Below are positions 53,058 to 60,731 of a DNA stretch of 64,000 bases, one piece after another. The translations under genes were made by a program, and so were the position numbers. The DNA is from Clostridia bacterium. Its GTDB lineage: Bacteria; Bacillota; Clostridia; Oscillospirales; CAG-272. Below the pieces are notes generated by a model. The model searched no databases and was not told where the DNA came from. It saw only the letters and a list, made by a program, of their open reading frames with translations. Position 1 is the first letter of the stretch; each line of letters opens with the position of its first letter. The stretch spans positions 11,952 to 75,951 of the forward strand of contig JAFTST010000051.1 of assembly GCA_017467165.1 (NCBI GenBank), read 5' to 3'.

Positions 53058-54247
53058 TGGTAGCTATAACCTATCTTGTTATCGCGGCGATAGTCGGAAT
53101 TATCGCGGCTATTGGCTTTATCGGTGTATTTAACTTCTTCGGCACCTTCTTTATCACCTTTATCGCCGCCTTCTGTATCGGTATGTTCATAGAAACCGTA
53201 GACCAGGGCTGTAACACCGGTCTTGACTCGGCTAACGAGGTGTTCGAGGTGCTGGGTATAGATTACGGCGGACTGTGGGTGCTTTTAGGATTACCCGGAC
53301 TCGTCTATATAGTTATGTTCCTTTTCTGCGGCGTATTTATGGCTCCCTTCTGGTTCTTGGTCGAGGATTGCAGGACATATAAGACGGTCACCAGAACGGT
53401 GCAGTGGGTTGCCGTTGGTATTCTCTCAATTTCGACGGTGGTCTGCGCCCTTATGTTCCTCGCTCCCACCTTCCTTTACTCGCTTATGCACTGGGGCTGG
53501 CTGTTCGGTATTCTTATTGCAGCGTCTGTGCTCGTTATAGTTGCTCTGCCGATGGTTGATAACAACTACTACTCCTTCGGCGGCCCGCTATACAACATTC
53601 TTCTTATCGTGGCTATCGCTATTATTCCCGTGACTGTCACGGGTCTTATCGTGTCCTCGAATCACACTCACTTTATCGGAAGCGCGTTTGAGATGAACGC
53701 CTTCGGAAACGCTCCTCAGGGCAAGAATACCGTTTTCGTGCTTGAAAACGACATTGATTTTGAGGGCGAGGAGGTTCGCTGGTTCGGAGAGTACAAGAAC
53801 TTCAAGGGTATGTTCAACGGTCAGGGACACACTCTCTCCAACTTCAAGGTTACAGACAGGGTGAGAAATCTCAAGACCGAGGGCGATTACAAGGGCACCG
53901 GCCTTGTTATCAGCAACAACGGTATATTCAGAGATCTGAAGATTGACGGCGCTCTTATCTCCGTGGAATTGCCGAAGGAATACTACGGCACTATCAATGT
54001 TGGTATGTTTGCCGCGGAAAACCTGAACGGAAAATACCTCAACTGCGTGACCACAGGCTCGGGCATAAGAATAGAAAAAAATGAAACCTACGACAGCCAA
54101 AAGGTATATAGGAGCTTCAGAGTAGGAAATTGGAACAACGGCGTTGAGGGTATAAGCGCTAGTAACAACGGCGGAGAGCATCGCTTCCCTGAGGAAATGC
54201 GAAATGATACGACTAAGCGCTGGGAATATTACCCCGAAACCGAATAA
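53057..54247 (+). CDS. Array protein type B, copy 1 (longer polytopic TM region plus C-terminal domain)
   Basis: Contains LMHWGWLFG, MNAFGNAPQGKNTVFVLENDIDFEGEEVRWFGEYKNFKGMFNGQGHTLSNF and GLVISNNGIFRDLKI. Confidence 0.8.
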   Translation: MVAITYLVIAAIVGIIAAIGFIGVFNFFGTFFITFIAAFCIGMFIETVDQGCNTGLDSANEVFEVLGIDYGGLWVLLGLPGLVYIVMFLFCGVFMAPFWFLVEDCRTYKTVTRTVQWVAVGILSISTVVCALMFLAPTFLYSLMHWGWLFGILIAASVLVIVALPMVDNNYYSFGGPLYNILLIVAIAIIPVTVTGLIVSSNHTHFIGSAFEMNAFGNAPQGKNTVFVLENDIDFEGEEVRWFGEYKNFKGMFNGQGHTLSNFKVTDRVRNLKTEGDYKGTGLVISNNGIFRDLKIDGALISVELPKEYYGTINVGMFAAENLNGKYLNCVTTGSGIRIEKNETYDSQKVYRSFRVGNWNNGVEGISASNNGGEHRFPEEMRNDTTKRWEYYPETE

Positions 54248-54259
54248 CGGAGAATTTTT

Positions 54260-55231
54260 ATGTACTTATTTTTGATTATTGCGGGCGTTTTCGTGCTTAT
54301 CGCGGGTGGAACTAACTACGTTCTCGTTCTGAAAAATCGCTCTGCCAGATCAATGGTCAGCTCGAAGGGCTTGCTCGTCGCATTCTTTGTGGCGAGCCTG
54401 TTGACGTTTCTTTATAACGTCCTTGTCAACGTTGCTCCTAAGTATGCCTTTTTGTACGTGCATTACGGCTGGTTTTACGGAATAAGCATCGCTGTGTTTA
54501 TTCTCTCCTTGATACTCGGCGTTTTGCAGCTGTTTATCTACAACAAGCATAGCTTTGAGAGAAAGACTAACCTCGGCGTATCGCAGATACTCGTCGGTAT
54601 ATGCGTGCTTATACTAATGATCGGAGGTGGCAAGGCGGCGGCAAGCGGCGCCTACGAGCTATCGGAGCCCCGCGACTTCAAGCTTTTAGAAAATATTCCC
54701 TCGGAGGACGACAGCTATTCGTATTTTTATCTTTCCTCGGACATTGACTTCGAGGGGCAGACGGTGACAGAGCCCTTCGGCAGAGAGGGAGCGAGATACA
54801 CCATCAACGGCAACGGACACACCATCTCCAATCTCAACGCAGAGCTTGTCCTGACGGAAAAGGTGAGCGCACTGTTTTTAAACTCGTATAGCGTTGCGTC
54901 CGATGGATATACGGGTGGAATATCTATATCAAGGCAAGTAAACTCTATATATGATCTGAAATTTGACGGCTGCTCCTTCACCCTGACGCCTAACGGATAT
55001 GACGAGGACAGCTTTTCGTCCTATAAGTGCGACTTTGCTCTGATGAAAAAGAGCGATGCGGAGGCTATCGCGGGCAGCGAAATAACTATGACTAATACTA
55101 CCGTGACGGTTAAGCCTGCCATAGAAAATATCCGCTCCATTGATAAAACCTCGATTGGCGAGATATTCGCGGAGCTTGTGGGAAGCGACCTTTTGGGACT
55201 TAATATAGTCAGAGAGGAGGAGAGCGAATGA
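54260..55231 (+). CDS. Array protein type A, copy 3
   Basis: Contains YVHYGWFYG, DIDFEGQTVTEPFGREGARYTINGNGHTISNL and FTLTPNGYDED. It has an ATGA overlap with the next type B gene. Confidence 0.8.
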   Translation: MYLFLIIAGVFVLIAGGTNYVLVLKNRSARSMVSSKGLLVAFFVASLLTFLYNVLVNVAPKYAFLYVHYGWFYGISIAVFILSLILGVLQLFIYNKHSFERKTNLGVSQILVGICVLILMIGGGKAAASGAYELSEPRDFKLLENIPSEDDSYSYFYLSSDIDFEGQTVTEPFGREGARYTINGNGHTISNLNAELVLTEKVSALFLNSYSVASDGYTGGISISRQVNSIYDLKFDGCSFTLTPNGYDEDSFSSYKCDFALMKKSDAEAIAGSEITMTNTTVTVKPAIENIRSIDKTSIGEIFAELVGSDLLGLNIVREEESE

Positions 55232-56415
55232 TTATTTTTCTGTTTTCCCTCTTTCTCGGATTTATGATGGGATTTGCGCTTGGTAGCGGCGGAGCCTTTA
55301 TTCTCGTTTCTGTTGGCTCATTCTGGCTTCTGACCTTCGTTAATACGGTGGCGAACCGTACGAATCTCGGCTTTCGCGGCGCTGTAAATGGATTTTTAGC
55401 GCTTGCTCAGCACCCTTTTCTCTGGTTTATTCAGCTTTTGCCCCTGCAGGTTTTCGTCTGGTGCGCTCTTTTCGGCGGCATCGGACTTGCTCCCCTGTGG
55501 TATATGATAGACCACGGAAAGGCATTCTTCCGCGCGCTGGGAAGGTTCTTTCGCTTTATATGGAAGCTCTTTATTATGGCGATACCGTTTGTCCTCGCGC
55601 CTGTTATCCTTCTTGGCTTGGCGGCGGGTGTTATCTTGATAATTAAGCCCGTATTTGTATACTCTTATTTACATTGGGGTGTTCTTATCGCTATATCGGC
55701 GGGTGTTTTGCTGCTCAGTGTATTCTTCTGTTCGCTTGCGATAAGAAAGCACTATGTTACTCGCGTGTACAACAGGATTGCAAGGGTCTTGGGTATTATC
55801 GTTCTTCCGCTGGTTATTTTGGGTGTTATGCTTTCTCTTGGAAAGACCTTTGAGATTTCCACAGCCAGAGAGATGAACGCCTTTGGAAACGCGCCCTGTA
55901 CCAAGAATACGCTCTTCATCATAACCGAGGATATTGACTTCGGGGGAGAGGAAGTAGGCTGGTATTCTGCGTATGAGGATTTCAAGGGTGCTATCGACGG
56001 CAGAGGACACACGCTCTCGAATTTTGAGGCGGAGGTTCCGGTTAAGAAAACCAAGAGCGACACCAGCGTCGGACTTGTCAGGAAAAACCACGGACTTATC
56101 AAGAACCTGAGCTTCAGGGACTCAAAAATCTACGTAACCTCGGACGGATATTTCTATCTTAATGCAGTCGGCGTCATCGTTGGCGAAAACTACGGAAAGG
56201 TTGCAAGTTGCTCGGTCGAGGGCGTTGAACTCTATATAGCGCAGGGCATCGAGGTGCGGGACGATGATTATTCGCTCACCGTTGGTTGGGACAACGAGTT
56301 GCGGGTTGGGGTTATCGACGTTTTGGGAAAAATTCCCGAGTATCCCGAGCCTGATGAGTATGACGGTTATTATTACAGAAAGGGCATTCCCTACAACGCG
56401 GTTTTTGAGGAATAA
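55228..56415 (+). CDS. Array protein type B, copy 2
   Basis: Contains YLHWGVLIA, MNAFGNAPCTKNTLFIITEDIDFGGEEVGWYSAYEDFKGAIDGRGHTLSNF and GLVRKNHGLIKNLSF. Confidence 0.8.
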   Translation: MIIFLFSLFLGFMMGFALGSGGAFILVSVGSFWLLTFVNTVANRTNLGFRGAVNGFLALAQHPFLWFIQLLPLQVFVWCALFGGIGLAPLWYMIDHGKAFFRALGRFFRFIWKLFIMAIPFVLAPVILLGLAAGVILIIKPVFVYSYLHWGVLIAISAGVLLLSVFFCSLAIRKHYVTRVYNRIARVLGIIVLPLVILGVMLSLGKTFEISTAREMNAFGNAPCTKNTLFIITEDIDFGGEEVGWYSAYEDFKGAIDGRGHTLSNFEAEVPVKKTKSDTSVGLVRKNHGLIKNLSFRDSKIYVTSDGYFYLNAVGVIVGENYGKVASCSVEGVELYIAQGIEVRDDDYSLTVGWDNELRVGVIDVLGKIPEYPEPDEYDGYYYRKGIPYNAVFEE

Positions 56416-56424
56416 GCAGCAATT

Positions 56425-56796
56425 ATGTATTTCACTTATCTTTTCTGGATTGCCGTGGCGCTTGCCTGCAGCACGGTTAACTACGTCTATGCTGTGAAAA
56501 ACAAGAAAAGCATCGAACCGAAAACGGTTTTAGGGATTTCCCGTCGCTATGGCTTTTTCACTGCGTCCGCTGTGATTTTTGTCTATACCGTTATTCTTCT
56601 TGCGGATTCGAGCCTCGCGTATGTCCTTGGAAGACCCGCTACCGTGTTTTTCTACTCGGTTATAGTCGCCATAGACGCCACGGTAACGCTGGCTATGGAT
56701 TTGCGCGCCTTTATAAGAAACAGGACGCTTCGTGTCAGCGACGTTATCTATATCGCGGCTTCCTTTTTCTCGCTTATTGTTCTATCAACCTTTTGA
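56425..56796 (+). CDS. TM-only type A module (123 aa), either truncated or a stand-alone version
   Basis: It aligns with the N-terminal TM region of 57470..58396 (STVNYVYAVKNKK versus GTVNYVYAVKRKK). It stops exactly where the C-terminal domain would begin. The RBS is weak. Confidence 0.55.
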   Translation: MYFTYLFWIAVALACSTVNYVYAVKNKKSIEPKTVLGISRRYGFFTASAVIFVYTVILLADSSLAYVLGRPATVFFYSVIVAIDATVTLAMDLRAFIRNRTLRVSDVIYIAASFFSLIVLSTF

Positions 56797-56931
56797 GATT
56801 TGACGTACCGTTTATTAGATATGGGGCGAGCGCGGGGTTAAATATGCCCTAAGATTGACACGCCCCACCCCCTCTAAGCTCCGCGGATCTTTTTATCGAA
56901 GTGCTTTTTATCAAAAAACGGAGAGTTTTAT
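56797..56931 (+). repeat. Conserved intergenic element, copy 1 (GGGGCG ... TTGACACGCCCCACC ... TAAGCTC ... AAAAAACGGAG)
   Basis: It shares the 15-nt core TTGACACGCCCCACC and most flanking positions with 57328..57469. Confidence 0.7.
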
Positions 56932-57327
56932 ATGTATTTAATTATTATTATATTGGCTGTCGCGGTGATTACCAGCGGTGTGTTTAACTACGTACATGCG
57001 CTGAAAAACAATAACGTTCTTTTGCCGAAAATCATTTTTGCTCTTTCCAGAAGAGCTGCCTTCAGGTCGGCGGCATCCGTGCTTCTTGCGTACGTTATCC
57101 TGTATTTCATATCTCCCGACACAGCGCTCGTGCTGGCTCGTCCCGCTACGGCGCTCATTCCTGCGGTTATCGTCGTTATAGACGCCGCGATAACGCTGTT
57201 CTGGACTGTGTTTGTCTTTATCAAATATAAGGTGTCGCTTCGTTCAAGCCTGATTATCAGATACGTCCGCGATTTTATTTATATTGCGGCTTCGGTTTTC
57301 TGTCTGATTGCTATTTCGAGCTTTTAA
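56932..57327 (+). CDS. TM-only type A module (131 aa), second copy
   Basis: GGAGAG RBS. It begins MYLIIIILAVAVITSGVFNYVHALKNNN and ends IYIAASVFCLIAISSF, parallel to 56425..56796. Confidence 0.6.
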   Translation: MYLIIIILAVAVITSGVFNYVHALKNNNVLLPKIIFALSRRAAFRSAASVLLAYVILYFISPDTALVLARPATALIPAVIVVIDAAITLFWTVFVFIKYKVSLRSSLIIRYVRDFIYIAASVFCLIAISSF

Positions 57328-57469
57328 GTTTTTTTAAGACTTGAATTTTTTCTGACGGGGCGTGCAGAGGGGCTTGATTTCCCAAGGGTTGACACGCCCC
57401 ACCTCTTTTAAGCTCGGCTTGGGTATTTCTGTAAATTGACGCCCGAGTCGAAAAAACGGAGTATTTTCT
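57328..57469 (+). repeat. Conserved intergenic element, copy 2
   Basis: Contains the inverted repeat GGGGCGTG ... CACGCCCC, the core TTGACACGCCCCACC, TAAGCTC, and the leader AAAAAACGGAGTATTTTCT before the ATG. Confidence 0.7.
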
Positions 57470-58396
57470 ATGTACTTACTTATTATTCTTGGCGTTGCCG
57501 TGGCGCTCAGCTGCGGCACTGTAAATTACGTTTATGCTGTGAAAAGAAAAAAAGGCACCTCGTCCGCGGGAGCAGCTGTGGTGACCTATCACGCGGCAAT
57601 GATGTCGGCGATGGCGGTGGTGCTTATTTTCAATGCTCTTCTCGTGAGCTCGCCCGAGTTCGCTCTCAGGCTTGCAGACTGGAAAACCGCTCTTATTATC
57701 AGTATCATCGTTATGGCTGACAGGGGAGCGGTGTGCGCCGTTCTGGGCTATAAATATGCGAACAAGCATCTTGTGTCAAGCTACGCTCACACGATCTCCT
57801 TCACTATGGCGGCAATGGCGCTGGTATTTCTTTTATACAGCTCATTTACTATTGATAAGCACGTGTTCGTTGTGGACGAGGCGAGCGACCTTGAAATAAT
57901 CGAGAGGCTGCCCGCGGGGGACAGGGTATATACCTTCGTTCTGGAGAGTGACCTGGATTTTTCGGATGAAGAATTACGTTTCGAAGGCTACGGCAGCGAG
58001 AAGGTGTCGTACGTCATTGACGGTAAGGGTTACACCGTCAGTGGAATAAGATATTACGCAGAGCTTACAGGCAACTTCACTCTTTTCCGCTCAAGCGGCT
58101 CTGACGAGTGCGCGGTGAGAAATCTGACGCTTGCTGACTGCACCTTCGCTATCGCTCCGAACAGTTATGACAATTCCACTCACAAGGGTCTTGGCTGCGG
58201 CTTCTATTTTTCAAGCCTTGATAAGTCGGCGCTTGAAAACGTGACCGTCAGGGAGGTTGAGATAATAGTTAAGCCGGCGGTCGAGAATATCAGAGCGAAT
58301 AACCTATCGTACGTGTACGACGAGCTTGTTGATACCGAGTATCACGAGGGTGACGTTTCTTTAAGCATCAAGGTTACAAGGGAGGAACAGCCGTGA
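57470..58396 (+). CDS. Array protein type A, copy 4
   Basis: Contains DLDFSDEELRFEGYGSEKVSYVIDGKGYTVSGI, FAIAPNSYDNS and KPAVENIRANN. It overlaps the GTG start of the next type B gene. Confidence 0.8.
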   Translation: MYLLIILGVAVALSCGTVNYVYAVKRKKGTSSAGAAVVTYHAAMMSAMAVVLIFNALLVSSPEFALRLADWKTALIISIIVMADRGAVCAVLGYKYANKHLVSSYAHTISFTMAAMALVFLLYSSFTIDKHVFVVDEASDLEIIERLPAGDRVYTFVLESDLDFSDEELRFEGYGSEKVSYVIDGKGYTVSGIRYYAELTGNFTLFRSSGSDECAVRNLTLADCTFAIAPNSYDNSTHKGLGCGFYFSSLDKSALENVTVREVEIIVKPAVENIRANNLSYVYDELVDTEYHEGDVSLSIKVTREEQP

Positions 58397-59628
58397 TTTA
58401 TTTAATAACCTCTGTCGCCCTCGCGATAGTGTTCGCCGTCGCCTTTGGCGGAGTGATGGGGCTCGTTTTTGCCTTTATCGTGGGCTTCTGGTGCGCGTTT
58501 TCCCTGATGGCGTCTGTTGACACCCTTGTTACAGGAAACAACAGAGGAGTCGATTGGGCGAAAAACACACTCCTCCTCGGACTTCGAAATCTTTATAAGG
58601 GCTGGTATTTCCTGCTTGTTCCGCTTTCCGCGGTCGTGCTTGTTGTGTGCGGATTTCTTCTTGCGCCCCTGTGGTTTCTTTTGCAATACTTATATAATCT
58701 CGGTAGCAGGGTTGATAACATTGCAGCACAGGCGGGGGCGAAAATTATCTCGTTTTTTGACACGGTATGGTACGTCCCGTATATTCTTGGCATTTGTGTG
58801 CTTGCCGGACTTTCCATATTCACCTTCGCGGCGCCCGCGCAGATATATAGACATATGCATTGGGGCTGGTGGATTGCTATAATTTCACTTCTTTGTATTC
58901 TGCTTGTGGTCGTCGTGGGAATAAGGCGCAGCGACCGCTATATCAAGAGCGGCAGAGCTACCTTCGCTTTGTGCCTCCTTTCTCTTGCCGCTATACCCGT
59001 GGTTGCGCTCGCGATACACTCCTCGACTAACGAGATATATTATATCAGCGACCGGGGAGATATGCGTATTTTCGGTAACGCGCCACAGAATCAGGATACC
59101 GTATTCGTGCTTGAGAACGATATTGACTTCGGTGGAAAGCGCGTGCGCTGGTTTGGAAAGTATACCGAATTCAAGGGCGTTTTCGACGGCAAGGGTTATA
59201 CCCTCTCGAATTTTAAGGTAAAGAAGAACGCGGTCTCAACGAACAGCAGCTATACCGATGGCACGGAGGGACTATCTTTGCCGCATGCGCTTGGATTGGT
59301 CGTGAGAAATCACGGCGTACTTCGCAACCTCAATATCTCTGATGCTAAAATTACTATGGGCTATAACTCACTTATGCCAAACGTGTGCTACGGCACCCTC
59401 GCGGGTATCAATGCCTCGGGCGGCAGCGTCGTTGATTGCTCGGTTGTGGATTGCATCGCAACGTACGTCAAGCCGAAAAGGGATACTATCAGAGCTTTTA
59501 TGACCGTCGGCAAGAACGTGGGAGAGGTGAGAGTTACGGAGAGCTATTCTCCCGACTACAAGCCTGATGCGTCCTTTGTTCAGGAGGGATGGGTGCTCGT
59601 TCCTCAGATTTCAGGAACTACGGAGTAG
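58393..59628 (+). CDS. Array protein type B, copy 3
   Basis: GTG start with a GGGAGGA RBS. Contains HMHWGWWIA, IFGNAPQNQDTVFVLENDIDFGGKRVRWFGKYTEFKGVFDGKGYTLSNF and GLVVRNHGVLRNLNI. Confidence 0.8.
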   Translation: MIYLITSVALAIVFAVAFGGVMGLVFAFIVGFWCAFSLMASVDTLVTGNNRGVDWAKNTLLLGLRNLYKGWYFLLVPLSAVVLVVCGFLLAPLWFLLQYLYNLGSRVDNIAAQAGAKIISFFDTVWYVPYILGICVLAGLSIFTFAAPAQIYRHMHWGWWIAIISLLCILLVVVVGIRRSDRYIKSGRATFALCLLSLAAIPVVALAIHSSTNEIYYISDRGDMRIFGNAPQNQDTVFVLENDIDFGGKRVRWFGKYTEFKGVFDGKGYTLSNFKVKKNAVSTNSSYTDGTEGLSLPHALGLVVRNHGVLRNLNISDAKITMGYNSLMPNVCYGTLAGINASGGSVVDCSVVDCIATYVKPKRDTIRAFMTVGKNVGEVRVTESYSPDYKPDASFVQEGWVLVPQISGTTE

Positions 59629-59630
59629 GT

Positions 59631-60662
59631 ATGGTTAACGAGTACTATAAATCAAGGCTCCCCGCGCATCAGAGAAAGGTGTATGAGGATGCGGTAAGGG
59701 TTTTCTCGGAGGGAGGATGTCGAGTTCATTTCACCACAACGCACGAGCAGGCGTTCGACACTTATACCGCGGTGTATAACGACCACCCCGAGCTGTTTTA
59801 TATGTCCAACGGCGCCAAGGCAGAGGTGAGAAGCATTCTCGGGGGTATAAGGTGCGGTACGCTTATATCCGAGCATATATATACGCCGCATGAGATTATC
59901 CGCTTCAAGACGGGTATGAAAAGAGAGCTCTTCAAGCTGAGGGAGCTGACACGGGGCTGTACTTCTCAGCTCGAGGTCGAGAAGATAGTCTGCGATTATA
60001 TTATCGAGAACGTCACGTATTCTGTCAACCACAGGTTTCATCAGAACGCAGCCTCGGTGCTGGTCAATTTCATCGGTCAGTGCAGCGGTATATCCAAGGC
60101 GGTCAAGTATCTTTTTGACAATCTCGGTATTGAGTGCATCTACGTCACGGGTGAGGGCGGAGACCCGACGGGAGCTGAGCCCTGGGGACCTCACGCCTGG
60201 AATATAGTCAAGATTGACGGTGTGTATTATCACCTTGACGTCACCTTCATGCTCGGCTGTAACCCCCTCAAGAAGAAGCCCTACTATCGCGGCTACCTCA
60301 ACTGGTCGGACGCAGATATGGCGGACAGCCACGTCTGGAAAAGAGGGGATTTCCCCGCTTGTACAAGCAGTATGAAGGGCGACGAGGTAGAGGACCTGAT
60401 GACTATCAAGCGCGAGGACGTCGGCGATACGGTTATCAGCTCGTACGCGGAGTTCAGAGTCAGACTGACAGAGGCGCTTGAAAAAAGAGCGCCCTCGCTG
60501 TGCTTCACCTCGGAGATTGCAGAGCCTAACCAGAAAAGGCTGATGCAGAGGCTGATGGCGGATACCAAGCTCGTGGCGGAGAAGCTCGGCGTTGGTATGG
60601 GTGTGAGCCTCACCTGCCAGAATAACAGGGTGAAGCTGGAATTTACCTGGAGTGACGAATAA
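59631..60662 (+). CDS. Transglutaminase-like (papain-fold Cys-His-Asp) domain protein
   Basis: I chose the start at MVNEYYK, 3 nt after the stop of the preceding gene, with a GGAG RBS. The catalytic-core pattern is GQCSGISKAVKYLFDNLGIECIYVTG...GPHAWNIVKIDGVYYHLDVTF. No signal peptide or TM helix is present. Confidence 0.75.
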   Translation: MVNEYYKSRLPAHQRKVYEDAVRVFSEGGCRVHFTTTHEQAFDTYTAVYNDHPELFYMSNGAKAEVRSILGGIRCGTLISEHIYTPHEIIRFKTGMKRELFKLRELTRGCTSQLEVEKIVCDYIIENVTYSVNHRFHQNAASVLVNFIGQCSGISKAVKYLFDNLGIECIYVTGEGGDPTGAEPWGPHAWNIVKIDGVYYHLDVTFMLGCNPLKKKPYYRGYLNWSDADMADSHVWKRGDFPACTSSMKGDEVEDLMTIKREDVGDTVISSYAEFRVRLTEALEKRAPSLCFTSEIAEPNQKRLMQRLMADTKLVAEKLGVGMGVSLTCQNNRVKLEFTWSDE

Positions 60663-60685
60663 CCTCCGAAAGAGAGGAATGAAAA

Positions 60686-60712
60686 AAAGGAGAGGCAAAT
60701 TGCCTCTCCTTT
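60686..60712. terminator. Bidirectional intrinsic terminator between the cluster and the convergent ileS
   Basis: AAAGGAGAGGCA aat TGCCTCTCCTTT is a perfect hairpin flanked by an A-tract and a T-containing tract. Confidence 0.8.
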
Positions 60713-60731
60713 CGCTATATATGCGGTTATA

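Noticed and set aside
32216-60712. Reading the large cluster as a mobile genomic island or prophage remnant.
   Set aside because: I could see no integrase, transposase, tRNA attachment site or flanking direct repeats. The composition of the upstream half is similar to neighbouring housekeeping genes. The lower GC of the array genes is explained by their hydrophobic, T-rich codon content.
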